Source: Octopus bimaculoides (Eukaryota). Taken from it: a stretch of DNA of 64,000 bases. How positions within the stretch are numbered: position 1 is the stretch's first letter; each line of letters starts with the position of its first letter. Of this stretch, positions 38,968 to 49,485 are shown piece after piece. Location: positions 60,686,966 to 60,750,965 of the forward strand of contig NC_068982.1 of the NCBI RefSeq assembly GCF_001194135.2, given 5' to 3'. The translations under genes were made by a program, and so were the position numbers. The notes beneath the pieces were generated by a model that saw only the letters and a program-made list of their open reading frames with translations, made no database searches and had not been told where the DNA came from.

Positions 38968-41900
38968 CTATTATATATATAATCAATTTCAGATTTTCTC
39001 TTACAGAAACTATTCTGTAATATTCTCAGTGATATTCTTGGAATGATTCCATAATTATTTTCCAGCAAGGGATACTTTCTCTTAAGTAGTTGCTTTCTCT
39101 TCTCTCACTTTTTTTTTTTTTTTAAACTCAGTAGTTACCTTTCATTTTAACACATTTGGTGTTAAAGTCGTCTACTAGCAATCTGTTTAAGTATTTATTA
39201 ACAATATTTCACTTCACAGTATTTGATAACTAGAATTATTTTACTCAGAACTTCCTGTTAATTTATTCATTTTGCTACATAAAAGTTCTTTAGATAAAAC
39301 CAGCGCAAATCTCAAGTATCAGTTGTCAAGTACATATTACAGATATATCTATAATACTTGCCAACTGATCTCCAAGGGCTTCCTCTGTTTATTTACTTAT
39401 TATGTTACTCAGTGAGTCATAACTTTAAGAATACCACAATATGAAACTATCATTTCCAGATGTGGTATCACACAAATAAATAAATGAATAAATAATACCT
39501 AAATAATATCACCCTTCACAGTTAATCTGAGCTGCTAGATTTATTTCTATTTTTAAAGCATTTCAGTTGATATCCTGTAAACATTCTAGTTACTTGTTGA
39601 TTTCACCTTATTCTGATTTACTACTTTAATTATTCCTAATAAAAGACTATTGTTTTCATAATGGTAATTACAACTAAGTACTTTAATCATATTTCTGAGA
39701 GTCCATGTAAAGGAAATGTTCCAGTTTAAATTATTTGTCAGTGCCAAAAACAATTTCTTGTTTCCTACTCTGATATTCCTGCTCTGTCACTATTAATCAT
39801 AGCATTCAGCTGTACATTTTTTCTTCCCATTGAACTTTCAATCAAATCTAATTTCTCTTTGCTTCTCAAAAGTAACGTTTGTCTTTACTTATCCTAATCA
39901 GTCATTGATATATTGCATCTGCTCATGGTTATTTTCAACTGTATCACAGAAAAAAAATTCTTTGAAATATTTCTTTCAGTTGTTAAAAGTGAAATAGCAT
40001 GTCATACCTTATTTTACTTTACTTACATATAGTCATTACAATTCTCAAATTTGTGGTCTTTTTTTTCTTTTTTAGGCCATTTAAGAAATTATATATGCCA
40101 TTTACAACGACCTGCTAATATTAACAATAACATTCTTTTAAAATTTGGTCTATAGTCATTGTATATAATCAGATTTTTATATATTGTATTTCATAAATTG
40201 TTATGCATACAAAATAATCAAATTGCTCAAAGATCCAACAGGAGAGCCTTTGTACAGATGCTTGATCTGCTAGAAATAGAACAGAAATCTCTCTGAACTC
40301 ACATTACCATCTTAAGAAAGAAAGGACACATTGGATAAAGTAATTCTAGACAACTTCACCTGTCTGAATGCAAACTATTAATTAACAGCAACAAATTACT
40401 CATTTTTATTTCAAAGTGTGAATCCTAAATCTGTTTTGCATTCATTCGTCTTATATCTCTTTACGGTTTTGTGTTCCTAAATGAAAACTTTTCATGTAGA
40501 TTTCTCTTACTACTAGTAGTTTAAAAAAAGAAATATATTAGTCATGAAGGAGAGGCAGTACTCATGACCTCTTGAGACCCAGAGTGAGGATTGAGAAGAG
40601 AAATGTGTGCTGGAAAAAAAACCCAAAATTCTGTTCCAACCAATTATAATAGAGTGATTACATTCCCAAATTCCACCATGCACTAGTAATAGAATAAAGG
40701 GTATGTCTTATTTCTACTACAATAAAATAATTTCACATTTAGTGGGGCTTTTTTTTTTTTTTTGCTTTTGTTATGTTTTCATACAATAAATGTGAACAGT
40801 TCTATGACACAGATGCAGTAGAACTGTGTTAGTGGCCAGGCTGCAGAAGTGCAGCAAAACTTGAATATAGCAATTTTTATGTATTGTTAAAATGACTAAA
40901 ACAACTTTTCAGTGTTGTAATTGTTTCAAGTTACAACATAGTCTCATATCAGATCACTTGCTCAATATATATAATAATAAACTCTGCAATCTATGATTCC
41001 AATTAAAAAGAAAGGAACACTATATGCTAAAAACACCTAGTCAAAATTTACATGAGCTTCCAAATTGTTTATTGATATTGTTTGGATTGTTACTTGAATG
41101 GTAATATTTATACCGAGGAGTAATGCTGGGGGATTACTTAAATGTTTATAACTGAAAAAGAGAAAAGGAAAAAATAGTATTATATTTTCAAGTTTGTGAT
41201 AGTTATAATAAATACAAGCTAAATGTAATTTATTGTATGTACCCATGACATTATAGCATATTGGTAAATACTAATAATTTGTTTTTGCATGTGTGTGTGT
41301 ATGCACATGCATGCACACAACAATGTGGTGGGGAAAATGTATATTTGTGTGTTGACACAGTACTTGTTATTTCTTTTTAATAGGGGTTGAATATTAGAGA
41401 TGAATTCAACTACATACTTGTGATACTCTCTCTTTCAATCGAATGTCAAAGTTAAAAATCAGTGAGATTTTAATATATACTGAATCACTGAAATTTCTGC
41501 TGAGAATTATGTATCCAGACTCTTTTACATCAGATGATCTAATGTACTTTTAATTGATAAGATTTCTTTTTTATTTGCTTCATGAAAAACTATTTTTGCT
41601 TTACTTTGTTAGAAAAAGAATCAATTACTTGTTATGGAATTAACAAGTATTTAACTTTAGAAATACTTCTTAGTAAATTAAATAAGTTTAATTGGTAACA
41701 TTTCTTGCCAAATGTCAGTGATATAAGATACAAACAAGTTGTTTTATAATGATTCTGTAAATTTTATAACTGTCTCCTTGTTAATTTATTTTAGATCCAC
41801 ATGTTTATCCATTCATAAAAGACTTCATGCATTTTGCATAGATAATCAAACATCTTGACCCAAATTAAATTTTAATTTGCTTTATAAGTTGAAACAAATT

Positions 41901-43734
41901 AAAATTACAAAGGTCTAACTTTGCATCTTCATATTGATTATTATATTGATTTTGGTCACACCTTAAAATTTACAAACAAGAAATTAATCACAGTAATCAA
42001 AACTTTGTGTCATCTGTTTGTTGAAGATAAATAGAAATCTTAATGTTTGATTTCAAACACTTCAATGCAAGTGTACTGTGAAGACATTCTTTAATAGACC
42101 AGTGGTTACCATGTGTTGTGTATATTAATGAATTCATTAAGTGTAGCCAAAATTTTCTTTTAATGTCTCTTAGTTTTTTTTTTGTTCCCCCCCCCATAAC
42201 ATTCTTTTTCCTTTTGTTTTTTTTTCCTCCATATCTCAAATAGTCACATATGAATTGCAAAATTGTACAGACTTATGCAGATATGTCTATAAAGTGTATG
42301 TGATTTTTTTTTTTTTTTTTTTTTTTTACACATAACCTCTCCACTTTTCTCTTCATTACCATTTTTGATTGGGATATAATGCTTATAATTAACCTGAATA
42401 AATCTGGACTCTTAGGGCTTGGCTGTAAATGATTCCCAGCTGTCCAGACTGGTCCAGAAATGACCGCCTTATGACTTGCTAGTTAATTGCATGTTGGGGT
42501 AAAAATTATTCAGGTATCATCTCGCTACTACTACTATTACTATTACTGTTGCTGCAGTCTGAGGTAAGTTCAGTGGACATGCCACCAAGAACAATACTAC
42601 AGCCTTACACATCCATACATTTGGTTGGAGATGGGGCAGTTTGTTTCCATTCAGCACATCTCCTTTCGGCTTTTGTCCAACCCAATGATAGTGAGATAAT
42701 CAATAAGATGATGTGCTCTGCTCATGTAGTAGGAGTAATTTGGAGTCTTTTTTCATAATTGTATATAGCTAAAAGATGTTTGTATTGATCACTTGTGGAA
42801 GTGGCTGTACAGAATGCACTGACTTAAATACAGTGCCAACATACCACTACAATAATCCATAGGCTGACCCCCCCCCCACACACACACACAGATACCGTTA
42901 CCACCCCGCCCAACTAATCTTACACCCTCCTCTCTTCATTGAATTGTAGGATTGTTAACTAAGTGGCTTGGCACTGTCGAGAAATTACAAAGAGGAAATT
43001 TTCATGCAAGCCAATTACTGGTCCCATGGACTCAGATTTTGGGAAACATCAAAAACAAAGTAGTGGTGTGTGTGTGTGTGTGTAAGCTTGCAGTCATCTG
43101 TACACTTTCTAAAAGTTGGGGCAAGTAGTATATTATTAAATGAGTAGAAGTAGTAGTTGTAGTAGTTTGTCTCTTATACTTTTCCTATGTATCTTTTCAT
43201 TTACTTACCTTACTTTTTACCTTAAGAAAGGTAAATATAATTAGCTACAGCTATTTAACTATCTATTTTCCTGAAGCTCACTGTTATATAGATAGATAAT
43301 ATTTATATATTACATTTATATTATATATATATATATGCATAGCTTTGATGAAGCAAACAGGAAAATAGAACTCAAAACACGAGTATACACATGTTTTTTT
43401 TTTATTAATAATTGGCAGAAATTACAGAATGGCTTGAGAGCCAATGGACAAACCTCTTGGCCCTTGAGTCACTCTGTAACATCTGCTACTTCAGTACCAG
43501 TTGAAGACTGGGGTCAATATAATCAACTAGCCCCCTTCCCCATAAAATTTAGGCTCTGTGCTTATTGAAGAAAGAATTATATTTATATATGTATATTTTA
43601 TGCAATTCATACGTATTTATGTATGTACATACATGTGTATATATATGTANNNNNNNNNNNNNNNNNNNNNNNNNNNNNNNNNNNNNNNNNNNNNNNNNNA
43701 CACACACACACACACATATATATATATGCTCTTA

Positions 43735-44203
43735 TTGCCCTCTTCCTCACAGCTTCTCTGTCACCTCAATATTCCCTTATTCTTTTTCCTTTTCCCTATT
43801 AACGCCCCCCCCCCCACCTGTCTCTCTTCCAATGACTCTTTCTGGTTCCTCTCTCCAATCATTTATATTTCTTGTTCATGTTCCCTTCTAGCACACCTGC
43901 GCAAACTCACTCTTGTAATGCGGGATAGCCCTGGACCCTCTCTTCTCAATCGGACTTCACCTAGAATCATCAGTCCCTCTCTTCTATTCTCCATCAGTTA
44001 TGGAGGTTCCCATTAAGCCATGTAGTTCTGCTTGCAAGTTGCAAGGCAACTTCACGTGTGCTGTTGCCATGAAAAAGCACCCAGTATTTTCTTTGTAAAG
44101 TGGTTGTCATTAGGAAGGGCATCCTTCAGCAGAAACCATGCCAAAACAGACAGTGCGAATGTAACATGCTCTTACTGAATCCTGTTGAACCATCCAACCC
44201 ATA
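43735..44203 (+). mobile_element. Family C element lacking the terminal (GAT)n tail
   Basis: A CT-rich 5' part, then CTTGCAAGTT...AAAAAGCACCCAGT...TAGGAAGGGCATCC...AAACCATGCCAAAA...GAACCATCCAACCCAT, the reverse complement of the motifs at 34216-34460. Confidence 0.75.
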
Positions 44204-44396
44204 CATATATATAATAAATATATTTATTAGTGTGTGTGTGTGTCTGTGTATGTTAGTGTGTGTCAAAAGAGAGAAAGATAGAGATACTGAATGAAGAAAT
44301 ATGAAACAGTAAGAAGATAAAATCTACTTTTCCTTGTTTGTGTAAGCACAAATACACAAGTGTTTGTGTGTTAATATGGACAGATAGATATATACA

Positions 44397-44447
<51 letters not shown>

Positions 44448-45599
44448 GCATACATACAAATTTGTGGGGAAAAGGGATAGAGACATGTGTAAACCCATAT
44501 GTGTATAAATAAGCAAACACACATGTGCATATGCACATGTACACCTACATACACACATGCACACACCTTCATTGCAATTTGCTTTTTATTTTCTCAATAA
44601 TGGATGAGAATGACCATCCCCACACCTGACAAGAGTCAATCAAATATCATTATAGCATTTTTTAAAGATGAATTTATACTTAGTGCATAGTGATCATCTG
44701 AGAAAGAAGACTTATTACTGAGACAAATTTATAGTAGCCTATAGTAGATGAAGTATGTTATCCTCATTCAGCCGGAAGTGATGATAGCTTTTATCATTAG
44801 TTGCAGGCAATTTCAATTTTCGTTATTACTGAATACTCTGACTATCAATATTCTCTATAATATGCATCATAAATTGACTGTAAGGCTTGTGTACTCACCA
44901 TCTAGAAACAACATTTTTGTAATAAAGAAAATACAATACTATTTATTTATCTTCTAATTTAGTGTGCTTTTTAGATTAGCTGGTTTATGCATTTGTTTGT
45001 TCAAACTGGTAAAGCATTGCATTGCAGGAATCTCAGCAAACAAGTTAGATTCTTTCTGCTCTAGAGACAGAAACTTTTAAGCTATTTATAGCATTAGAAA
45101 TACTTATGCAGAGCCATCTGAGAAAATGAAACAAAATTCCAGTTCAACCATGACTTAGATGTTCTTTTGTCCAGTGTCTATAATGAAATTTTGAAATTCT
45201 AAAAATATATCTTTGAAAAATATACTTTTCCAAGCTTAGTTCAATGCACCTTGCATTGTTCTGATATACTGCACTTGATCTCAAGAATATGTCATTTATG
45301 TCCACCGCTTTCCATGCTTGCATTGGTTGAACAGATTGTCGTGGTCTTAGTTCTTATCCAGAAAGGTTTGAGTTAGTTCCTATTCAGAGTTGCTACATTC
45401 CTAGATTGTTCAAAGGGTATTGTCATGATCATATGTTTCCTTTTTTATTTGAATTCTATATTTGGGTTGACCACTTTGCAGATTACACTGAGTGCTTTAT
45501 CCAGTCATAGAAGCTATGCCGAAGTAAACATTAGAGCACAATGCAGTTTTTAAACCTGTTGGATTTTGTTATTTATATATATATATTTATATTTATATT

Positions 45600-45632
<33 letters not shown>

Positions 45633-46599
45633 TACATTTATGTTGATCTTAACATTCCTACCTGAGTCTTTTAAGATATGTTTTAAGCTATCATATGCTC
45701 ACACAAGTAGAGAATTGTTCTTGAGATGTAAACAACTAGTTTCTGCTATTAGTATCATGGTCATGTTATTGTAGTTTTTAAAATGGTAATAATAAATAAT
45801 AATAACTATCATCATTATTATTATCATCATCATCTTTAACAATAATTTCTATACCAATCTGAATTTATTGAATTTGTTTATTTCCTTCCAAACTTTCCTG
45901 TAACTCCAGTAAGATCTTACAGGGCAACATCAAAACCCCTTTCTTTTGTATGGAGAAACATTGTAACAGACAGTTCATGAATTACAAAACTAACACTTTT
46001 CTTTGTTTTTTGTTTTTTTTTTCTGTAGTTGCTTTTTGTTTCCTGTCCATTGGTCAAAGGAAGATTTTTTTTTTTTGCATTGATATTTATCTATACTAAG
46101 CCTCTCAAGTACAATGATATGCTTTACTTAACTACACAATGAAATGTCTGAAGTGCAGCCTAGAGGTGTTGGTAATCATTGTGTAGTTAAGCAATATAAT
46201 TGGAAATGTTACATGTGACAGTTTGGTGTCCCATCCAGAGGAAGAGCTATTTCTCATCTGTTTAATATCATAAAACTTGTGCTAGACACTTGCCTGTAAC
46301 AGTTTCTCAGCACTTCAGAGATATTTGCCTATTTTTAGTGCTGTGTATCAGACTTTCTTATCTGATTAAATATGAATCTTTACTTAATTATTACATTTTC
46401 ATTCTCACAAGAAAATTATTGGCAAACATCTCATACTTTCCTACTCCCAAGCCATTCTTTTACAGAAAGCAATATTTTTCTTACTTGTACAGTTGTTATT
46501 CTTTTTATTAATAATATGTAACTTATGACAGTAATAGTAATAAAAGATTCATTTATTTATATAATACTTACAACAATAACTTATTTTTCAAAAATGTAC

Positions 46600-46638
46600 C
46601 ACAATCACCTAACTCTTCTTATTTTATTTTATTTTCAG
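46600..46638 (+). other. 3' splice site (polypyrimidine tract and AG) of the basonuclin terminal exon
   Basis: ctaactcttcttattttattttattttcag|GAT. A CTAAC branch-point-like motif lies about 30 nt upstream, and protein homology starts exactly at the junction. Confidence 0.9.
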
Positions 46639-49485
46639 GATGCATCTGGCCGAGTTTTAGATAAATGGACCATTGCCACTCGGGAAGAGGAACATATAAT
46701 ATTACAACAGTTTCTCCGATTTGGAGAAACAAAATCTATTGCTCAGGAAATCATTCTTCAGGATACTAAAGAGAAACAAGAGCTTTATGTCAAGCAAACT
46801 TCTCGGGCTGAGTCTGAAATCAAGAAATTCATTGAGAGGAGTAACCTAAGTATGCAAAGCTACATGCGTCCCTACGAATCACGGCATCTGTTCTCAAATC
46901 GCATGCCATTCGTATCCCACAGTAGTAACCGCCTTGTAGCACCGACTGCAATACAGTATACTGCCACTACACCCCCACGGGATTTACGCCCCACAAGTAT
47001 GCCTCCCACTCCTGTACCTACATCGAGTCCTGTTACCTCGTCCCCATTAGGCCGTCTGCAAACCATGTTGCCCATTGATTTTCGAAGGGAACGCTTAAGT
47101 CCTGCTGTTAGCCCAGGACTATCAGAAAAACGTGCCTCTGTGCCACAGCTATCACAACCACCTCTGCCACCACCACCACCACCACTACCTTCCCACGGTG
47201 ATGAAAGTCCCAAAAATCTGAGTACTACCCCAACACCAACACCAACATCCACAAGTCCTCCCCAGTTCCAGTCAATGAAACCGCCAGATATAATTGAAAA
47301 TTCTAAACATGCGCCATGCATAAATATGCCAAATATTAGCCCAGTCATTATCTCCCAAGAAGATTCACCTATGAATGCAATAAATTATTCTACCAAAGAC
47401 TGTGAAGAATCAGCACTGTCTGTGTATGCAGATCGCAAAGTAAAACACCTCCGAAAGTCGGCTAATCCAATCAAACGTCAATGGACTCCTTCGGCATCAT
47501 TTGGAAGTACACTGATTGCACCCAACGGCAAAAAGCGTGTTCTTTGCACAGCTTGCAATAAAACTTTCTGTGATAAAGGTGCTCTTAAAATTCATTACAG
47601 TGCAGTACATCTGAAAGAGATGCACAAATGTACAGTTGAAGGCTGCAGTATGATGTTCAGTTCTCGTCGCAGTCGTAATCGCCACAGTGCCAACCCTAAC
47701 CCTAAGCTCCACATGCCTCAAAAACGCAAACTCCCAGAAGGAGCTACTTTAGTAGCTGAGTCCAAACTCCCTTCGAGGCTCATTAATTCTCCTCCTACCA
47801 TGGTCGTTACTTCATCTTATCTCTCTAGAGCAGTGATTCCCTCACTCGATTCAAATGTCCTCAACAGGAGTGATCAGTCATGCTTTGTAGATGTGGGAAA
47901 CAGCCTTTCATATATGTCTTCTGGGAAAAAAATAAAAATGGAAAATAACGATGGAAGTAATGAAGCCATTGATATGACTGATGATGTGAAGTCGCTGGAC
48001 GATACATTGAAACCAGATGTAAGCAGCACACAGCGTGGCTTCAACAGAAGGAAAAGCTTGATTCCTACCCGTTGTGCCCAGATGGAAGAAAATTACAGCA
48101 TGAGTGATGAAAATTCAATCTCAGATGAGAAAGATGCAACTAAACACAACAAGAAATGCTTAAATGATGCTGAGAATGTAAAATCTACATCTAATTCAGC
48201 TGCAGATGATGAACTGGATGACAAAATTGCAATAAAAAAGGAAATAGCTGATGGATGTTCTGTTCGGGAGATTCCTGAAAAATCTATGTCTGGCAAGGTT
48301 TATGACTCAGTCATTCTCTCCAGTCACAGCGGTGTCATTTGTGATACAAACTGTAATCCAAAACAAGAACCTAGGAAAGAAGCTTGCCACTTTCCTAGAA
48401 TTGCTTCCCTCTTAGCAAATAATAACACCAATAACTCTTCAGATCCAGTTGACCTCTCTCAAGATAACTGCGAACGTAGCCCTTCTAATTTGTCATCTCT
48501 AAACATGAGTCCTGGTTCAGATCATGATTCAAATGCCTCCCAAGCTTCCACTGACATTGAAGGCCACTTGGCCATTAGAGCCAATGGTAGTCATTCTCCA
48601 GATTCTAACTCCAACAGTACAGATATTCCACTAGATAAAGATAATCCTCGGAAGTGTAATTTCTGTGGGAAAATTCTCCAAAATCATTTTGACCTCAAAA
48701 TTCATTATCAAAGTGTCCATTATAAACTCATGCACAAGTGCACTATTGATGGTTGCAATGCTGTATTCCCTTCAAAACGCAGCCGAGATCGACACAGCAC
48801 CAACCTGAACCTACACCACAAACTGTTGTCCACATCTGATACGGACCAGTTCCCAGATGATGAGGAAATTGAAGATGTGGATGAATTGGATGAAGATGAC
48901 ATTGATGATGTTGATGATGATGATGAGGACAACAGTGAAGGAATGAGAGGTGGAAACAAAGAAAATAACCAAGTGAAAGATCATATCAACCAAAAATATG
49001 ACTCCCGCATCTACAATGAAAACAGTAATCATGGTATTGGTGATGAGGATAGTAACCCAAACACAGTTATTTGTAATAAACGTAAAACTATTTCCTCAGT
49101 GGGAAGTCACTCTAATGATAGTTTCATTGGAAATAACAGCAGAGACAGAGCTGAGGAGAACACCTTTTCTACCCGTAATGGGGGTGATGAAAGTGGGGCC
49201 GAGGAAGAAGATGACGACGATGACGATGGGGGCGATCACCTGCAAGACGAGGACATCGATGATGAACTGAACAGTGCAGTCAGTTGTCACGTATGCCAAC
49301 AAAAATTCCGTGACAACCTTGCTCTCAAAGAACATATTGAAACCCTTCATCCAAAAGAGATGTACTACTGTACAGTCTCAGGATGTGACAAGATTTTCTC
49401 GACCCGCAAGAGCCGAAATAGGCACACACAGAACCATAACCTACATCGTCATTTGTCGTCCATGAAAACCAATGGCTTATCCTGA
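46639..49485 (+). CDS. BNC2: Terminal coding exon of a basonuclin/disconnected-family zinc-finger transcription factor (948 aa from DASGRVLDKW to stop); 5' exons not found in the window
   Basis: A polypyrimidine tract and acceptor (ttattttattttcag) end at 46638, phase 0. The exon opens DASGRVLDKWTIATREEEHIILQQFLRFGETKSI, matching my recollection of vertebrate BNC1/2 (DASGKVLDHW...LQQFLRFGETKSIVE). Three C2H2 finger pairs follow, the first nearly identical to Drosophila Disco (CNKTFCDKGALKIHYSAVHLKEMHKCTVEGCSMMFSSRRSRNRHSANPNPKLH). Stop TGA is at 49483-49485. The first 38 codons of the tracked ORF (46525-46638) are intronic. The symbol denotes the family; BNC1 versus BNC2 orthology cannot be resolved here. 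Confidence 0.95.
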   Translation, partial: DASGRVLDKWTIATREEEHIILQQFLRFGETKSIAQEIILQDTKEKQELYVKQTSRAESEIKKFIERSNLSMQSYMRPYESRHLFSNRMPFVSHSSNRLVAPTAIQYTATTPPRDLRPTSMPPTPVPTSSPVTSSPLGRLQTMLPIDFRRERLSPAVSPGLSEKRASVPQLSQPPLPPPPPPLPSHGDESPKNLSTTPTPTPTSTSPPQFQSMKPPDIIENSKHAPCINMPNISPVIISQEDSPMNAINYSTKDCEESALSVYADRKVKHLRKSANPIKRQWTPSASFGSTLIAPNGKKRVLCTACNKTFCDKGALKIHYSAVHLKEMHKCTVEGCSMMFSSRRSRNRHSANPNPKLHMPQKRKLPEGATLVAESKLPSRLINSPPTMVVTSSYLSRAVIPSLDSNVLNRSDQSCFVDVGNSLSYMSSGKKIKMENNDGSNEAIDMTDDVKSLDDTLKPDVSSTQRGFNRRKSLIPTRCAQMEENYSMSDENSISDEKDATKHNKKCLNDAENVKSTSNSAADDELDDKIAIKKEIADGCSVREIPEKSMSGKVYDSVILSSHSGVICDTNCNPKQEPRKEACHFPRIASLLANNNTNNSSDPVDLSQDNCERSPSNLSSLNMSPGSDHDSNASQASTDIEGHLAIRANGSHSPDSNSNSTDIPLDKDNPRKCNFCGKILQNHFDLKIHYQSVHYKLMHKCTIDGCNAVFPSKRSRDRHSTNLNLHHKLLSTSDTDQFPDDEEIEDVDELDEDDIDDVDDDDEDNSEGMRGGNKENNQVKDHINQKYDSRIYNENSNHGIGDEDSNPNTVICNKRKTISSVGSHSNDSFIGNNSRDRAEENTFSTRNGGDESGAEEEDDDDDDGGDHLQDEDIDDELNSAVSCHVCQQKFRDNLALKEHIETLHPKEMYYCTVSGCDKIFSTRKSRNRHTQNHNLHRHLSSMKTNGLS
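47545..47712 (+). other. Zinc-finger pair 1 (Disco-type)
   Basis: CTAC...HYSAVH followed by CTVEGC...HSANPNPKLH, with the long His-His spacing typical of the second finger in basonuclin/disco pairs. Confidence 0.95.
48655..48816 (+). other. Zinc-finger pair 2
   Basis: CNFC...HYQSVH followed by CTIDGC...HSTNLNLH. Confidence 0.93.
49285..49446 (+). other. Zinc-finger pair 3
   Basis: CHVC...HIETLH followed by CTVSGC...HTQNHNLH. Confidence 0.93.

Noticed and set aside
40245-40370. Sequence resembling another octopus dispersed repeat
   Set aside because: Recall only, with no second copy or diagnostic ends in the window.
46525-46638. N-terminal 38 codons of the 986-aa ORF (MTVIVIKDSF...FYFQ)
   Set aside because: This is AT-rich intron read-through. 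A canonical acceptor at 46638 coincides with the start of homology.
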